Shown: positions 8,204 to 18,675, counted from the first letter of the stretch. The stretch: DNA of 64,000 nucleotides from Promethearchaeota archaeon (GCA_030603385.1 JAUVXW010000011.1:1-64000); one strand, 5' to 3'. Numbers and translations: made by a program. The notes: generated by a model from the sequence alone, not told the origin.

Positions 8204-10270
8204 ATGAATTTAACCAATAACACTTTCAATGATACTAAAGAAGTAAGTACCTTTACTAAGGAAGAAATTCTCGAGATTAAAGGTACGTTAACAAAACTTA
8301 AATCAAAAAATGCTGAGGATTCAGAAATTACTGAATTTATTGAATCGAAGTTAAATTTATCATCTCCTATTTTGAATTCATATTCTAAGTATTTAGAAGA
8401 AATAACCGCTTTCTTAAATGTGTATATAATCAGTTCTGAGGTAGAACTCAATTATAAATATTATTATCATTTAAAATCCGGGATTCTAACAGAATTAAAT
8501 CAAATAATAAACAATTTCCAAGATTTAAATTCAAATTGTTCTAACATAAAACGTTTAATTAAAAATGGTAACGTAATCTTAAACAATTTGCTATCAAATA
8601 TTCTTGACCTACTTCGCCAAAGTAATGATATTGCGTCTAAGATTATAACTTCATTAAAAGAAACTCAGAATCTTTATGATGATCAACTTTATTTATGGAT
8701 TGAAATAAACAAAATTAAAAATTTAAACTTTAAATTAAATGAAATTCCAGAAGCTTTGGAAAATTGGAATGAGATTAAAGAGTTATATATCTTTATTAAA
8801 AGCTTAAATGAAGTATTTATTAAAAAAAGAAAAAGGGATAAGCAAGAATTTCTATTAACATTTCATTTTGATGAGCTTTATCAATTTTTTTTATCAAAAG
8901 AAGAAAAAAAGGTCAATTTCTATTCTGATTTAACTTATCTTTTAAGTTTTAATAAGATCATTGAAGAATATCAAGGGGATGAGTTTATAAACATTCTTGA
9001 AAGGAAAGAAATTATACAAAATCTCAAACTTTTCATAAAACCCCTTCTTAAGGAGTTAATATTAGAAAAATTTCAAGATATTATTGTGGAAATTGAAGAT
9101 TTCAATTTAAAAGATAAACATGTAGATATCGAACTCAAAACTTTGAAGGATCAGAAAATTGGGGTCTTTGTTCCTAAATTAGTAGATTACTATATTCTAG
9201 GATTGGAAAAGAAATTCCAAGAAAAGATACACGATGATACTAAAACCGAAGAATTCGAGAAGATAGCAGACTTTTATTACACAAAAATAGATGATTTTTA
9301 TTCAAAAATTCAGGAAATCGAAGATTGGGTTTTAACCTTAGAAAATTTTCTTATTCCATACGATAGTATAACAGAATCATATAGGAAGATTTTTACAAAT
9401 GTATCTTCTGAAATATATCGTAGAAAAAATGAATATTTATCTTTCATCAAAACTGTCAAAGATGAAGATGTTAGAGTAAATATTAGAAAATTTATCAAGG
9501 AAAAAATATCAGAACTTAATGAACTAATCAGAACATATGAAGATGAAACATCATTAATAATTAAAGAAGAATTTCCTCAACTAAAACAAATTAGGGAGAT
9601 TCTAAGCCGATATACCGCAAAAATTCAGAAAATAAAAGACGAGGTATATAAAATACTTGATTCTAAAAAGACTCAAGACATTGATATTTACCAATTAATA
9701 AAATTTTGGGAAGAAAATTTTAATCGTAAAAGACAGCAATTAACTTTTCTTATATCTCTTTTGATAAACAAATTATTTAAAAGTTTTAAGGAATTGCTTG
9801 ATAAAGAAGGATTTTTATTTGCAACTATTACTGAAATTTCTGAACAGACTGAAAATTTTGAGAAACTACCACTAAATTTTGCGTTATCAGCATTCCTTGC
9901 AGAAAAATTGACTGAGGATGAGTTAAGAGAAAGAATAGCTGAAATAGGTTCAAAGATCAATCATTTAAATAGCTCTCTTGGACTTTATCAAATAGAATTA
10001 TCAAAATTAGAAAAGATTTTGACGAATCGAGTAAAATTAAGCAAAGGAATTTCAGATTCAGAAGTACAATGCACGGTTTGTCACAAATATATTAATTTTG
10101 CTAAGGGTCAAGTTATTACTTGTCCTTTCTGTGGTAGTACATATCATTATCTTTGTGTTGCATTTTGGCTTTCAAAATATAATTCGTGTCCAATGTGTCA
10201 AAATAACTTTCTTGAGCCTCATTCACACTTATTTGAAGGTCAAGAAGATCAAGAATTAGAAAAATATTAA
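8204..10270 (+). CDS. Long helical/coiled-coil protein with C-terminal RING-type zinc finger (putative E3 ligase)
   Basis: C-terminal CTVC-x13-CPFC-x4-HYLC-x3-W-x6-CPMC. The remainder is E/K/L/I-rich helical sequence. Confidence 0.8.
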   Translation: MNLTNNTFNDTKEVSTFTKEEILEIKGTLTKLKSKNAEDSEITEFIESKLNLSSPILNSYSKYLEEITAFLNVYIISSEVELNYKYYYHLKSGILTELNQIINNFQDLNSNCSNIKRLIKNGNVILNNLLSNILDLLRQSNDIASKIITSLKETQNLYDDQLYLWIEINKIKNLNFKLNEIPEALENWNEIKELYIFIKSLNEVFIKKRKRDKQEFLLTFHFDELYQFFLSKEEKKVNFYSDLTYLLSFNKIIEEYQGDEFINILERKEIIQNLKLFIKPLLKELILEKFQDIIVEIEDFNLKDKHVDIELKTLKDQKIGVFVPKLVDYYILGLEKKFQEKIHDDTKTEEFEKIADFYYTKIDDFYSKIQEIEDWVLTLENFLIPYDSITESYRKIFTNVSSEIYRRKNEYLSFIKTVKDEDVRVNIRKFIKEKISELNELIRTYEDETSLIIKEEFPQLKQIREILSRYTAKIQKIKDEVYKILDSKKTQDIDIYQLIKFWEENFNRKRQQLTFLISLLINKLFKSFKELLDKEGFLFATITEISEQTENFEKLPLNFALSAFLAEKLTEDELRERIAEIGSKINHLNSSLGLYQIELSKLEKILTNRVKLSKGISDSEVQCTVCHKYINFAKGQVITCPFCGSTYHYLCVAFWLSKYNSCPMCQNNFLEPHSHLFEGQEDQELEKY

Positions 10271-10271
10271 G

Positions 10272-10547
10272 TTATTTTTCTTGGTATTCAATTTTTATAA
10301 AATTTGATACTTCATTTCCCCTGACAGAAAAACCAGAGTCAAGATAAAGTGTTAAAGCATGTAATGGTACATTATTACTTGTATGACAATGAATATATCT
10401 TAAAGGCCAATGGTTTATTTTGGATGTGTCAATATTCAATATGTCAATATCCTTGCCGTAGATTTTTTTTTGGCATACTGGACAAATAGTTAATAGTTTT
10501 CGTATAAGAAATTTACGAAATTCATTATTTGTTAGATTTTCTTCCAT
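10272..10547 (-). CDS. Small zinc-binding hypothetical protein (Asgard-type family)
   Basis: CPVC...YIHCH...HALTLYLDSGFSVRGNE. Confidence 0.7.
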   Translation of the reverse strand: MEENLTNNEFRKFLIRKLLTICPVCQKKIYGKDIDILNIDTSKINHWPLRYIHCHTSNNVPLHALTLYLDSGFSVRGNEVSNFIKIEYQEK

Positions 10548-10640
10548 GGAGATCAGAAAAATAAGTCTTATTTAAATTACGATCCTAATTTCTGAGAATT
10601 AATCATTAAAAAGCTCTAAAATATATGAATAATATTTGGA

Positions 10641-11300
10641 TCATACACTAGGTGGAAACAGAATTATATTAAAAGACAAATACAATCCGAAGATTATCAT
10701 AAAGCCTGCGCAACTAATTAGAACATATTTATAGATTTTAGGATTTAACGCTTTCCCTCCAAGATACACAAATGTAGATATTGGTAAGTACCACACAATA
10801 TCTCCTAACTCATGTCCTATAAAAAAAAGTAAGAGTGCAATTGGAGTCGCGAATGTAATGTTAAAATTAACCAAAAATCCTAATCCAACTACAGCCCACC
10901 AAAATGTCCAATATGGGTTGCTTAGGCTAACAATAATGCCACCTATAAAACTATTTCCTTTATACCCTTTTAGGTTATTATCTTTAAGATTGAAATCCAC
11001 ACTAGGATCTGACTTGATAGTATTTCTAATAACTAAAAATCCAAAAATGAGCAGAAATATTCCTCCTATAATTCCGATTAATGTTAAGAATATTATGTTC
11101 TGAAATAATAATGATGCACCAGCAAGGAGAACAAGGATCAAAATTAATTCAATTAGAGCATGCCCTAGTATTATGAAAATTCCTGCAAGGTAACCCCTTT
11201 TTTGTTGTAAAGATTTATATATTGTAAAGGTCAACAACGGTCCGGGTGTTAATGCACCTGTTAAGGCAACTAAAAAAGAGTAAAGAAGGATATTCAACAT
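10641..11300 (-). CDS. LysE/RhtB family transporter
   Basis: GALTPGP, GHALIE and SLSNPYW motifs with about 6 hydrophobic helices. Confidence 0.9.
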   Translation of the reverse strand: MLNILLYSFLVALTGALTPGPLLTFTIYKSLQQKRGYLAGIFIILGHALIELILILVLLAGASLLFQNIIFLTLIGIIGGIFLLIFGFLVIRNTIKSDPSVDFNLKDNNLKGYKGNSFIGGIIVSLSNPYWTFWWAVVGLGFLVNFNITFATPIALLLFFIGHELGDIVWYLPISTFVYLGGKALNPKIYKYVLISCAGFMIIFGLYLSFNIILFPPSV

Positions 11301-11330
11301 AATTTTCTTATAATGAATGGAATTTCAAAA

Positions 11331-11801
11331 TCATCCGATCAATCTAGTTACTACAGCTAATACAACTACAACTATAATAAGAATCGGAATAGTTAACAGC
11401 AAAAACCAAAAATAAGCTTTAAAAAATCCCTTTCTAAATGCTTTAACACCATCATTCCAATCTTGCTTTGTTTTTTCCTGCCAATTATTAAAATCTTGAC
11501 TAACCTTATTCTTATAAGCGTCCCATTGTTCTTTTGATTCTATTTTCTTTTTTTCCATATCAGCGTTCCATTCTTTAACTTTATTATCCCAATCTTGTTT
11601 GGCATCTTTAAAAAATTTGGTGGCCTTTTCTTTATTTTCTTCCCACAATTCTTTGTTTTTCTTCGATTGTTCCTCTAATGATTTTTGAAATTTCTCAAAT
11701 CCTCCTTTAAACCCGTCAATTAGGTTATTCCATCCTTTTCTAAAAGGTTTCTCATCTGTTTCTTTTTGTTCAGGTTCTCTAAAATTATTTTCATCACTCA
11801 T
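11331..11801 (-). CDS. Tail-anchored amphipathic-helix protein (apolipoprotein/LEA-like Trp/Phe periodicity)
   Basis: Charged helix with recurring W/F and a single C-terminal hydrophobic segment FWFLLLTIPILIIVVVVLAVV. Confidence 0.7.
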   Translation of the reverse strand: MSDENNFREPEQKETDEKPFRKGWNNLIDGFKGGFEKFQKSLEEQSKKNKELWEENKEKATKFFKDAKQDWDNKVKEWNADMEKKKIESKEQWDAYKNKVSQDFNNWQEKTKQDWNDGVKAFRKGFFKAYFWFLLLTIPILIIVVVVLAVVTRLIG

Positions 11802-11915
11802 ATTTCTTCTTTAATATTTTTTCATATTTAAATTCTGTAAATTAATTTCATATATATTCCTTATTTATTTATAGATAAGGTTTTAAATAAAATTTAAAGA
11901 AGGAATAAAAGTATC

Positions 11916-13295
11916 ATGAAATTTAATTATATTCAAAAAACCCCATTATATGATTCCTTTTCAGAAATAGGAAAAAGAATATTTTTACCAGAAGGAATTT
12001 TTCATTGGTCAGGAAGAGCAAAAAAGGAAGCAGAATTAATAGGAACAATAGGAACTGCTTATGGATTTGAAAAAGATTTTATTGAAGGAGGTAGTTCTGA
12101 TTGGTTACCATGTTATCTTAATGAGATCGCAGAATATACCAGCTTAAATGTTAAGCAAATTGTCCCTTATGCTTCTATAGGAGGATTAATTGAAATAAGA
12201 GAAATTTGGAAAGACTGGATTATAAGAAAGGCAAACTACGATAAAGAAAAGGAAAATGATTCATTATTAAGATTGGAAAAGTATATTACAACACCAGTAA
12301 TTACAGCAGGTGTCACTAATGGAATTTATCATAGTTGTTCCTTATTTTTAAATTCTGGAGAAATTATTATTGCTCCTAATAAGAGATGGGGCAATTATGA
12401 TAACATAATTGAGAAATTTATTGGTGCTAAGATTAAGTCTTTTGAATTTTTTAAAGATCAGAATATTAATCTTGAAAGTTTGGAGTCCGCTATTAATGAA
12501 GTTGCGAAAATTCAAGAAAAAATTATTATGATTTTGAATTTTCCAAATAATCCGACGGGATATGTCCCCCTTAAAAAAGAAGTCAATGAAATCGTATCAC
12601 TTTTACGAGAACAGCAAAAGACCCAAGAAAAACCAATACTTGTGATAGTAGATGATGCCTATGAACCCTATGTTTATTCGGATGAAGTATCGAATAGATC
12701 TATTTTCTATGACTTACATCAATTAGATGAGAATGTTATTCCTATAAAGCTTGATGGAATTACCAAAGAACTCTTAATGTATGGAGGAAGGATTGGCTTT
12801 ATGACTTTTGGATTAAAATCAAGTTGGGTAAAAAAAGATGAGGAACTAGAAAGCCTTAAAAGCGAAATTCATAATAAATTAGAAGGTTTTAATCGGGCAA
12901 CAATATCCAATTGTAACCACTTCTATCAAAGTATTACTCAAAAATTATTTAAAGAAAAAGGTATTGAGCAATTTCTCTCATCAAGGAAGAAAGTGAAGGA
13001 TTTACTTAAAAAACGGTATGAGAAAATTAATTCCGAACTAATTAAAATCAACAATCCTGACATTTCGATTGATCCAAATTCGGGAGGATTTTTCCTATTT
13101 TTAAATTTGAATCCTAATAAAATAAGGGCAAATGAATTTGGAGATCATTTATTACGAAAATTTAAAGTAGGGATAATTCCTATCGAAAAACCAGAAGAAA
13201 AAATAAATGGGATTCGAATTGCATATTGTTCAATCGATCTTAATGATATACCTGAATTGGTAAGAAGAATTAATCTTGCTCTAGATGATTTTTAG
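11916..13295 (+). CDS. PLP-dependent aminotransferase class I/II
   Basis: NFPNNPTGY, VDDAY, DGITKE...GGRIGF (PLP lysine) and IRIAY motifs. Confidence 0.92.
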   Translation: MKFNYIQKTPLYDSFSEIGKRIFLPEGIFHWSGRAKKEAELIGTIGTAYGFEKDFIEGGSSDWLPCYLNEIAEYTSLNVKQIVPYASIGGLIEIREIWKDWIIRKANYDKEKENDSLLRLEKYITTPVITAGVTNGIYHSCSLFLNSGEIIIAPNKRWGNYDNIIEKFIGAKIKSFEFFKDQNINLESLESAINEVAKIQEKIIMILNFPNNPTGYVPLKKEVNEIVSLLREQQKTQEKPILVIVDDAYEPYVYSDEVSNRSIFYDLHQLDENVIPIKLDGITKELLMYGGRIGFMTFGLKSSWVKKDEELESLKSEIHNKLEGFNRATISNCNHFYQSITQKLFKEKGIEQFLSSRKKVKDLLKKRYEKINSELIKINNPDISIDPNSGGFFLFLNLNPNKIRANEFGDHLLRKFKVGIIPIEKPEEKINGIRIAYCSIDLNDIPELVRRINLALDDF

Positions 13296-13392
13296 TTTAC
13301 GAGGAGTATTTTTTCACACAAATTTTTATAAGCCTAGTTTTATAATACATTTAAAGTAAAAATTTAAAAAAAATTAAAAGTGAAAATTTTAT

Positions 13393-14400
13393 ATGAAACT
13401 TTACCTAGTCGATCAAGGTGAATTAAAAGAAATTTCCAAGTTAATCTTTTCGAGCGGGGACGTTTACTTACTTGATGCAGAAAAAACCATCTTCGTTTGG
13501 ATTGGGAATAAGTGCTCGGTGGATGAAAAAACTGCTGGAGCTGCTCAAGCAAGAACATTAGACCAACAACGTGGTGGAGCTGCAAAAATAATTACGGTAG
13601 ATCAAGGTTTTGAGTCAAAAGATTTCCTTGGATTAATTGCTCCTATGGGAGCTATGAAAATTGTAGAAAAAAATTATGCCAAAACATTGCTTAAAGACGT
13701 AACTACAGGTGATTTTGCGCAATTCCACGAGTGGAAGAACATCCTTTATCGAGTTTCATCTGAAGAATTCGAAGATATAAATACTATGAAAATGATTCAA
13801 GTACCCTTTTCTAAAAGTTCACTTGAATCAGAAGATTGCTTTGTTGCGGATTTAGGAAATAAAGTGTATATCTGGCAAGGAAAAGCATGTACTACTACTG
13901 AAAAAGTCAGAGCAGGTCAATGGGCGCGTTCTATAGACGCTGATAGGGCGGGATTACAGCAAGAAACAATCTTTGAAGAAGGTGATGACGTAGACTTTCT
14001 TGCTGCTATTGATAAAGGAGAAGACTATAAAGAATCTGATGCCATACAATTAAAAGCTGAATCTGTGTTAGAAGGAGAAGATGAAGATGATAAAATTGCC
14101 GCAGCAATCCAACCGGAATTTAAATCAGAAGTCAGAGAAGTAACTCCAGAAGAAGTGAAAGCGGATATCTCAGAAGTAAGGGCCTCTGCTGCTGCTCCAG
14201 GAATTCCTGGAAGGACAGACACTTCAATTTTAACTATCGAGAAAAAAGACGGGCGTAGAAGATGTCCTGAGTGTGAAACAGAGGACCCCCATATGATTCA
14301 TGAGAGTGTTGATAAGTCAAATGTAATTCTCGACTACCCACGAGTTTATGGAAAGAAGTACTTATGTGGAAATTGCGGAGTGCAATGGAGAGAGAAGTAG
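13393..14400 (+). CDS. Two-domain gelsolin-like actin regulator with acidic linker and C-terminal zinc ribbon
   Basis: Gelsolin repeats FSSGDVYLLD...IFVWIG...DEK and SLESEDCFVADLG..VYIWQGK...EK. C-terminal CPEC...YPRVYGKKYLCGNCG. Confidence 0.88.
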   Translation: MKLYLVDQGELKEISKLIFSSGDVYLLDAEKTIFVWIGNKCSVDEKTAGAAQARTLDQQRGGAAKIITVDQGFESKDFLGLIAPMGAMKIVEKNYAKTLLKDVTTGDFAQFHEWKNILYRVSSEEFEDINTMKMIQVPFSKSSLESEDCFVADLGNKVYIWQGKACTTTEKVRAGQWARSIDADRAGLQQETIFEEGDDVDFLAAIDKGEDYKESDAIQLKAESVLEGEDEDDKIAAAIQPEFKSEVREVTPEEVKADISEVRASAAAPGIPGRTDTSILTIEKKDGRRRCPECETEDPHMIHESVDKSNVILDYPRVYGKKYLCGNCGVQWREK

Positions 14401-14435
14401 CCCCCAAATTTAAATTATGTTTATTTTATTAATCC

Positions 14436-14444
14436 TTTTTTTTT
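14436..14444 (+). terminator. Oligo-T tract, candidate archaeal terminator
   Basis: T9 run about 35 nt after the gelsolin stop, in a convergent intergenic gap. Confidence 0.35.
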
Positions 14445-14634
14445 AAAACGAGCTGAGTTAATTGATCTTATAAAAATCATAGTATATAATAATCGGGATA
14501 AACAAATTGGGTAATTGCTATTATTCCAATAATCGAGGTTTCGCATTAAAAATAATTTATGGGAAAAAATACCTTTGCGGTATTATCTTCTTTTATTAAT
14601 TTAATATAAAGGATAAGAATTAAATACCTTTTAT

Positions 14635-15735
14635 TTATGATTTTTGCATATCTCTACGCATTAACTTAATTTTTTTCTTTAGATCTATTATTTCATTATC
14701 TCTACTTTCAAGTTCAGACTCGAGTTTGAGTTTCTCGTCTTTAATATCCTGAATATCACCTAAAATCTTTTCTTCAATTTTATTATATTCATTGAGTTCA
14801 GAATCTATTTTATCATATTTTTCTTTTAAAGCTATTACTTCATCGTTTTTTCCATCCAAAACATTCCTCAAACTTCCTAATTCTATTTCGAATCTTCCAG
14901 TAAGATTCCCTGACGTTCTATGGGCTTCTTCCAATTTCTCTTCAAGTCGATTTATTAATTCCGAATTTGTGATATTCTTTTGCTTTAATTCTTCCATTTC
15001 TACAACTATTTCTTTATTTCGCGCTGTTTTTTTCTCAAGATCTTTTTTCACTAAATTAAACGTCTCAAGTTGTTGTTGGATTTCTTGCATTTGTTGATTA
15101 GCTGTCTTTAACGAATTTTCAAGGGTAAAAATAGTTTTCTCTTTTTCAGTTATAATTTCATCCTTTTTCTCTAGAAGTACTTCGACTTTTTGAAACTTCG
15201 ACTTTTGAATTGTATCACTTTCAAGATATTTAAGCTGTTCTTCTAACTCTTTAATTTGAACATCTTTGTTACTAATCAAATCAGTCTGACCTGATTGGAA
15301 TTCCTCAATTTGAGATGTTAATTCTTTTATTTTTTGAACCTGATCATCTATAATTTTCTGTAATTTGTTAGATTCTTCATCATGAAGAGTATTAAATTGT
15401 TCTATTTCATCATTTTTACTCTCAATTGTTTCATACAGTTTTTGTATTGTTTGATCTTGATCTGATTTGTCTTCTGATTGTTTTGATAAGTTTTGAATAT
15501 TGGATTCAAGATTATGTATCATTTCAATTTTTTCATTAATAAGATTATTCTTGTCACTAATTTCCCCGATTAATCTCTTGTTTTCTTCTTTAAAGAAATT
15601 AAGCTGCTCTACAATATCTTCTTCTGTTTTCGGAACTTCCTCTTCTTCCTCTTTCTCTTCAACCCATCCGAGTTGGCCCAAAGCTTCAGTGATCGATCTA
15701 TCTTCTTCTTCGTGTTCTTCTTGTTCATCTGACAT
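14635..15735 (-). CDS. Long coiled-coil protein
   Basis: Continuous heptad-like E/K/Q/L sequence. ATG at 15735 (MSDEQEE) is preceded by AAGGTG (track start 15795). Confidence 0.8.
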   Translation of the reverse strand: MSDEQEEHEEEDRSITEALGQLGWVEEKEEEEEVPKTEEDIVEQLNFFKEENKRLIGEISDKNNLINEKIEMIHNLESNIQNLSKQSEDKSDQDQTIQKLYETIESKNDEIEQFNTLHDEESNKLQKIIDDQVQKIKELTSQIEEFQSGQTDLISNKDVQIKELEEQLKYLESDTIQKSKFQKVEVLLEKKDEIITEKEKTIFTLENSLKTANQQMQEIQQQLETFNLVKKDLEKKTARNKEIVVEMEELKQKNITNSELINRLEEKLEEAHRTSGNLTGRFEIELGSLRNVLDGKNDEVIALKEKYDKIDSELNEYNKIEEKILGDIQDIKDEKLKLESELESRDNEIIDLKKKIKLMRRDMQKS

Positions 15736-15801
15736 ATGAATTAAAACACCTTTCGATCTATTAAATTTTTTTATTCCATATAATAAAAAAATCAAAATGT
15801 T

Positions 15802-16275
15802 TTAAACATTAAAGACAAATTTACGATCTAAAAAGAATTTCGTTAAATACCCAATGGATAAAGCAATTACAAAGCTTACTTCTAAGGGCGCATTAAGAAA
15901 ATTAGTCAATAAAAATTGAATTCCAATGTTTTCAATAGTTGTAAGAATAGCAAACCCGAAATATTTCATGAATTCTATTGAGGTTTCTCTCAGTTCTGTT
16001 CCACCTCCTTTAAAAACTATAAATTTGTCTAAGAAAAATTTAATAATATAAGTCACACCGACAGCTACAATAGACCCAATTAATTCAGGCATATTAAATG
16101 GGTCAATCGAACAATAAAATGTTTGAAAAAAATCATTTCCTCCAAAGATATCACATATGGAAGGTGCAATTATTAATTGATTTAATTTCTGGATTAGATA
16201 ATTTAACCCGATCATTAATGCAGCAAAAATGAAATACAGTGTCATTTGCCTTTTAATATCATTTTCTTCTGTCAA
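15802..16275 (-). CDS. GtrA-like small membrane protein
   Basis: Four hydrophobic helices with the internally duplicated KFFLDKFIVF / KFFLDRKFVF motif. Confidence 0.75.
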   Translation of the reverse strand: MTEENDIKRQMTLYFIFAALMIGLNYLIQKLNQLIIAPSICDIFGGNDFFQTFYCSIDPFNMPELIGSIVAVGVTYIIKFFLDKFIVFKGGGTELRETSIEFMKYFGFAILTTIENIGIQFLLTNFLNAPLEVSFVIALSIGYLTKFFLDRKFVFNV

Positions 16276-16374
16276 TTTTTAACACATCCTAAGATTTATT
16301 AATCATTTCACCACATTGATGGTAGAATTTCATCAGGAATCATTTATATATAGGCGAGCTTTATCTCCCTATAA

Positions 16375-16983
16375 TTATTTTTGAATACGTTCCTTCCATG
16401 AATCTGTTCTTTCAGGAGAGCTTTCTTTTTCCTTATTTGAAGGTACCGCATCTGAAACTTGAAATGAAATTCCAGAAGTTTGTTGTGTTGGAGAAACTAA
16501 CTGCATAATTTCTCTAAAATGACTTTGGGTGGAAATATCTTTTCCTGTAATTCTTTTATAAAGCTTTTTTATCCCAAAAATAATTAGTGAGAAACTGATA
16601 GAAAACGTAAAATAAATTGCAACCCATCCATTACCAAAAAATAACAATGGAAAAGGCAATAAACCGCTATCATAATCACTATAAATAAATCCAAGAACAG
16701 CGAAGATCCCTATAAAAATAAAACATCTTAAACATAATGGAACAAATTGTTTTAGCATAATCTGTTTTGTATATTGCATTGTTTCACGTTGTACCTGTGC
16801 CATCATTCGTATGTCACCAATAGCTTGAGCATTTCTTATCCGTTCTTGAAGGTTTGAAGCCCGTTCCTTAAATTCTGTTATTTTTTCTTTTGATAAACCT
16901 AATACTTTGTTTAAAATCATACCTAAGATTAGCACGCCAATGGTTATTAGCATGATTTGAAGAATTATTACCGCATTTGACAT
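16375..16983 (-). CDS. DUF106 / EMC3-TMCO1-Get1 (Oxa1 superfamily) membrane insertase-like protein
   Basis: TM1, cytoplasmic coiled coil with Met-rich end (MMAQVQRETMQYTKQIMLKQFVP), TM2, then GWVAIYFTFS TM3. Confidence 0.8.
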   Translation of the reverse strand: MSNAVIILQIMLITIGVLILGMILNKVLGLSKEKITEFKERASNLQERIRNAQAIGDIRMMAQVQRETMQYTKQIMLKQFVPLCLRCFIFIGIFAVLGFIYSDYDSGLLPFPLLFFGNGWVAIYFTFSISFSLIIFGIKKLYKRITGKDISTQSHFREIMQLVSPTQQTSGISFQVSDAVPSNKEKESSPERTDSWKERIQK

Positions 16984-17105
16984 AAAACTATCACTATATT
17001 AGGAAAAACACGCTTTCAATTAAATTTTTTGAAATTAGTTTTTTATTTAATTTATGATTCAGGTCTTTACAAAGAATAAACCAGTATAATTATTATTACA
17101 CTTAT

Positions 17106-18191
17106 TTATCTCAAATTACCATCTAAAAACCCTTTTATGTATTTAGAATAAACTGTTTTCCAACGAGTTGGAATCGATGATGCTATAGCACATCCTAACC
17201 GGCAATTTTCACAGAAATTATAACTGTCATGTTTCTTCATAATAGCCTTAACTTCTTTCGAATAATAGATATTATGTAATGAATGTTTCAATGCATTAAA
17301 ACTGGATATTGGATGGATTTTGCATGGATAGTGAACATATCCATCATGACTAATAAAGATATAAGCTTCAGCGACATGACAACGTAATGTTTTTTGATGA
17401 TATAATGGATAACCCCCGAATCCTCCATTTTCAACCACTTCAATGGAAATAGGATCTGTTAAAATATTTTTATATCGTCTTCTTAATGATCGCATTAAAT
17501 TTGCCCAAATAGAAATATCTGGTATTAAATCGGATATATTGTTGATTTGGTAAGTATTTTCAGGATAATCCCTTATAATATCCTCACAAGGGTATATTTC
17601 AATAGAACAATTTAAATTTTCAGCCAATTCACACATATTTTCTAAATACTTTAAATTGTCTTTCATTACTACTGTACTAATTATCGGTTTTATATCATTT
17701 TTATTCGCTAATTTAATGGACTCTAATACTTTATCAAATACTTTGATTCCACGCATTTTATCATGTAATTCAGCCTTAGGGTAATCAAGAGATAGTAGAA
17801 TATAATCCAAACCTTCTAAATTATGGTCTTTAAACAATTTTGGTAATAAATACCCATTAGTAGCTATACCATTCATAAAACCATGAACTACTCCTGTATG
17901 ATATATAAGATCTGGAAGATCTTTTCTTAGGGTAGGTTCACCTCCTGTAAAAGACAAGGCTAGTACACCTAAATCATCAATTTGGTCAATTAAATGCATT
18001 ATTTGCTTAGTGCTCATATCTTCACCTATAATTGATGTTGGCAAAGAATGTATTGAACAAAAGGGACATTTCCCATTGCATCGTAGTGTTAGTTCTATTT
18101 GGGCGGAGTATGGGACCTTTATATTTGTAAAGTTATTTAGAATAAAGTTCTTTATGTACTGAACCCACTTCTTGACTCTCCAATGAGGAAT
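17106..18191 (-). CDS. Radical SAM protein with SPASM/twitch-like C-terminus; start probably a non-canonical ATT
   Basis: The frame stays open upstream of the track start (18044) through ELTLRCNGKCPFC (CxxxCxxC) to ATT at 18191. FTGGEP, TNG and C-terminal C...PC...CENCRLGC motifs are present. Confidence 0.85.
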   Translation of the reverse strand: MPHWRVKKWVQYIKNFILNNFTNIKVPYSAQIELTLRCNGKCPFCSIHSLPTSIIGEDMSTKQIMHLIDQIDDLGVLALSFTGGEPTLRKDLPDLIYHTGVVHGFMNGIATNGYLLPKLFKDHNLEGLDYILLSLDYPKAELHDKMRGIKVFDKVLESIKLANKNDIKPIISTVVMKDNLKYLENMCELAENLNCSIEIYPCEDIIRDYPENTYQINNISDLIPDISIWANLMRSLRRRYKNILTDPISIEVVENGGFGGYPLYHQKTLRCHVAEAYIFISHDGYVHYPCKIHPISSFNALKHSLHNIYYSKEVKAIMKKHDSYNFCENCRLGCAIASSIPTRWKTVYSKYIKGFLDGNLR

Positions 18192-18485
18192 TTATAAGTA
18201 CACCATTATCTCTTATCTAAGTTTCTATTAAAGAAGTTAAGTATATTCAAGATAAAAACCTAACTGAAATGACATATAAAGAATATAAAAAATCGAAATT
18301 ATAGTGTATTGCGGTTCAAAAAGGTGAAAAGTGTCAATTTTGGTTCCCTAATACGAGATAATTGATACAAGGTGTATATATAGAGCTATATAAGGAAAAA
18401 GATTGACTTGTTTATCTTTAAGTAAGCTTAAATTTAAAGATGAATTAATGGGGTATAATATTTGACAAAATTCAGGTAGAGTTAA

Positions 18486-18675
18486 ATGAAAACCAAAGGA
18501 AGCTACTTATTGATATTTATCCTAGGTTTATCTCTTGCTTTATTATTGCTTTATTATTACATGAAAGTAATTTTAATTATAACGTGAAAAAGAATATTTC
18601 CGATAAAAAAATTGATCCTGTCTTATCCAGTCCAAGTTCTCTTAAAGTTGAATGGTATCGCACATGGGGGGTATC
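18486..18675 (+). pseudogene. Frameshifted 5' remnant of a secreted (SBBP/beta-propeller-like) protein
   Basis: Signal-like MKTKGSYLLIFILGLSLALLLL, then after a frameshift ...SSLKVEWYRTWG, resembling the WxRTWGG start of Loki beta-propeller repeats. It breaks off about 50 nt from the end of the convergent zinc-finger gene. Confidence 0.4.

Noticed and set aside
18192-18194. Selenocysteine or pyrrolysine read-through in the radical SAM gene
   Set aside because: The stop is TAA, not TGA or TAG.
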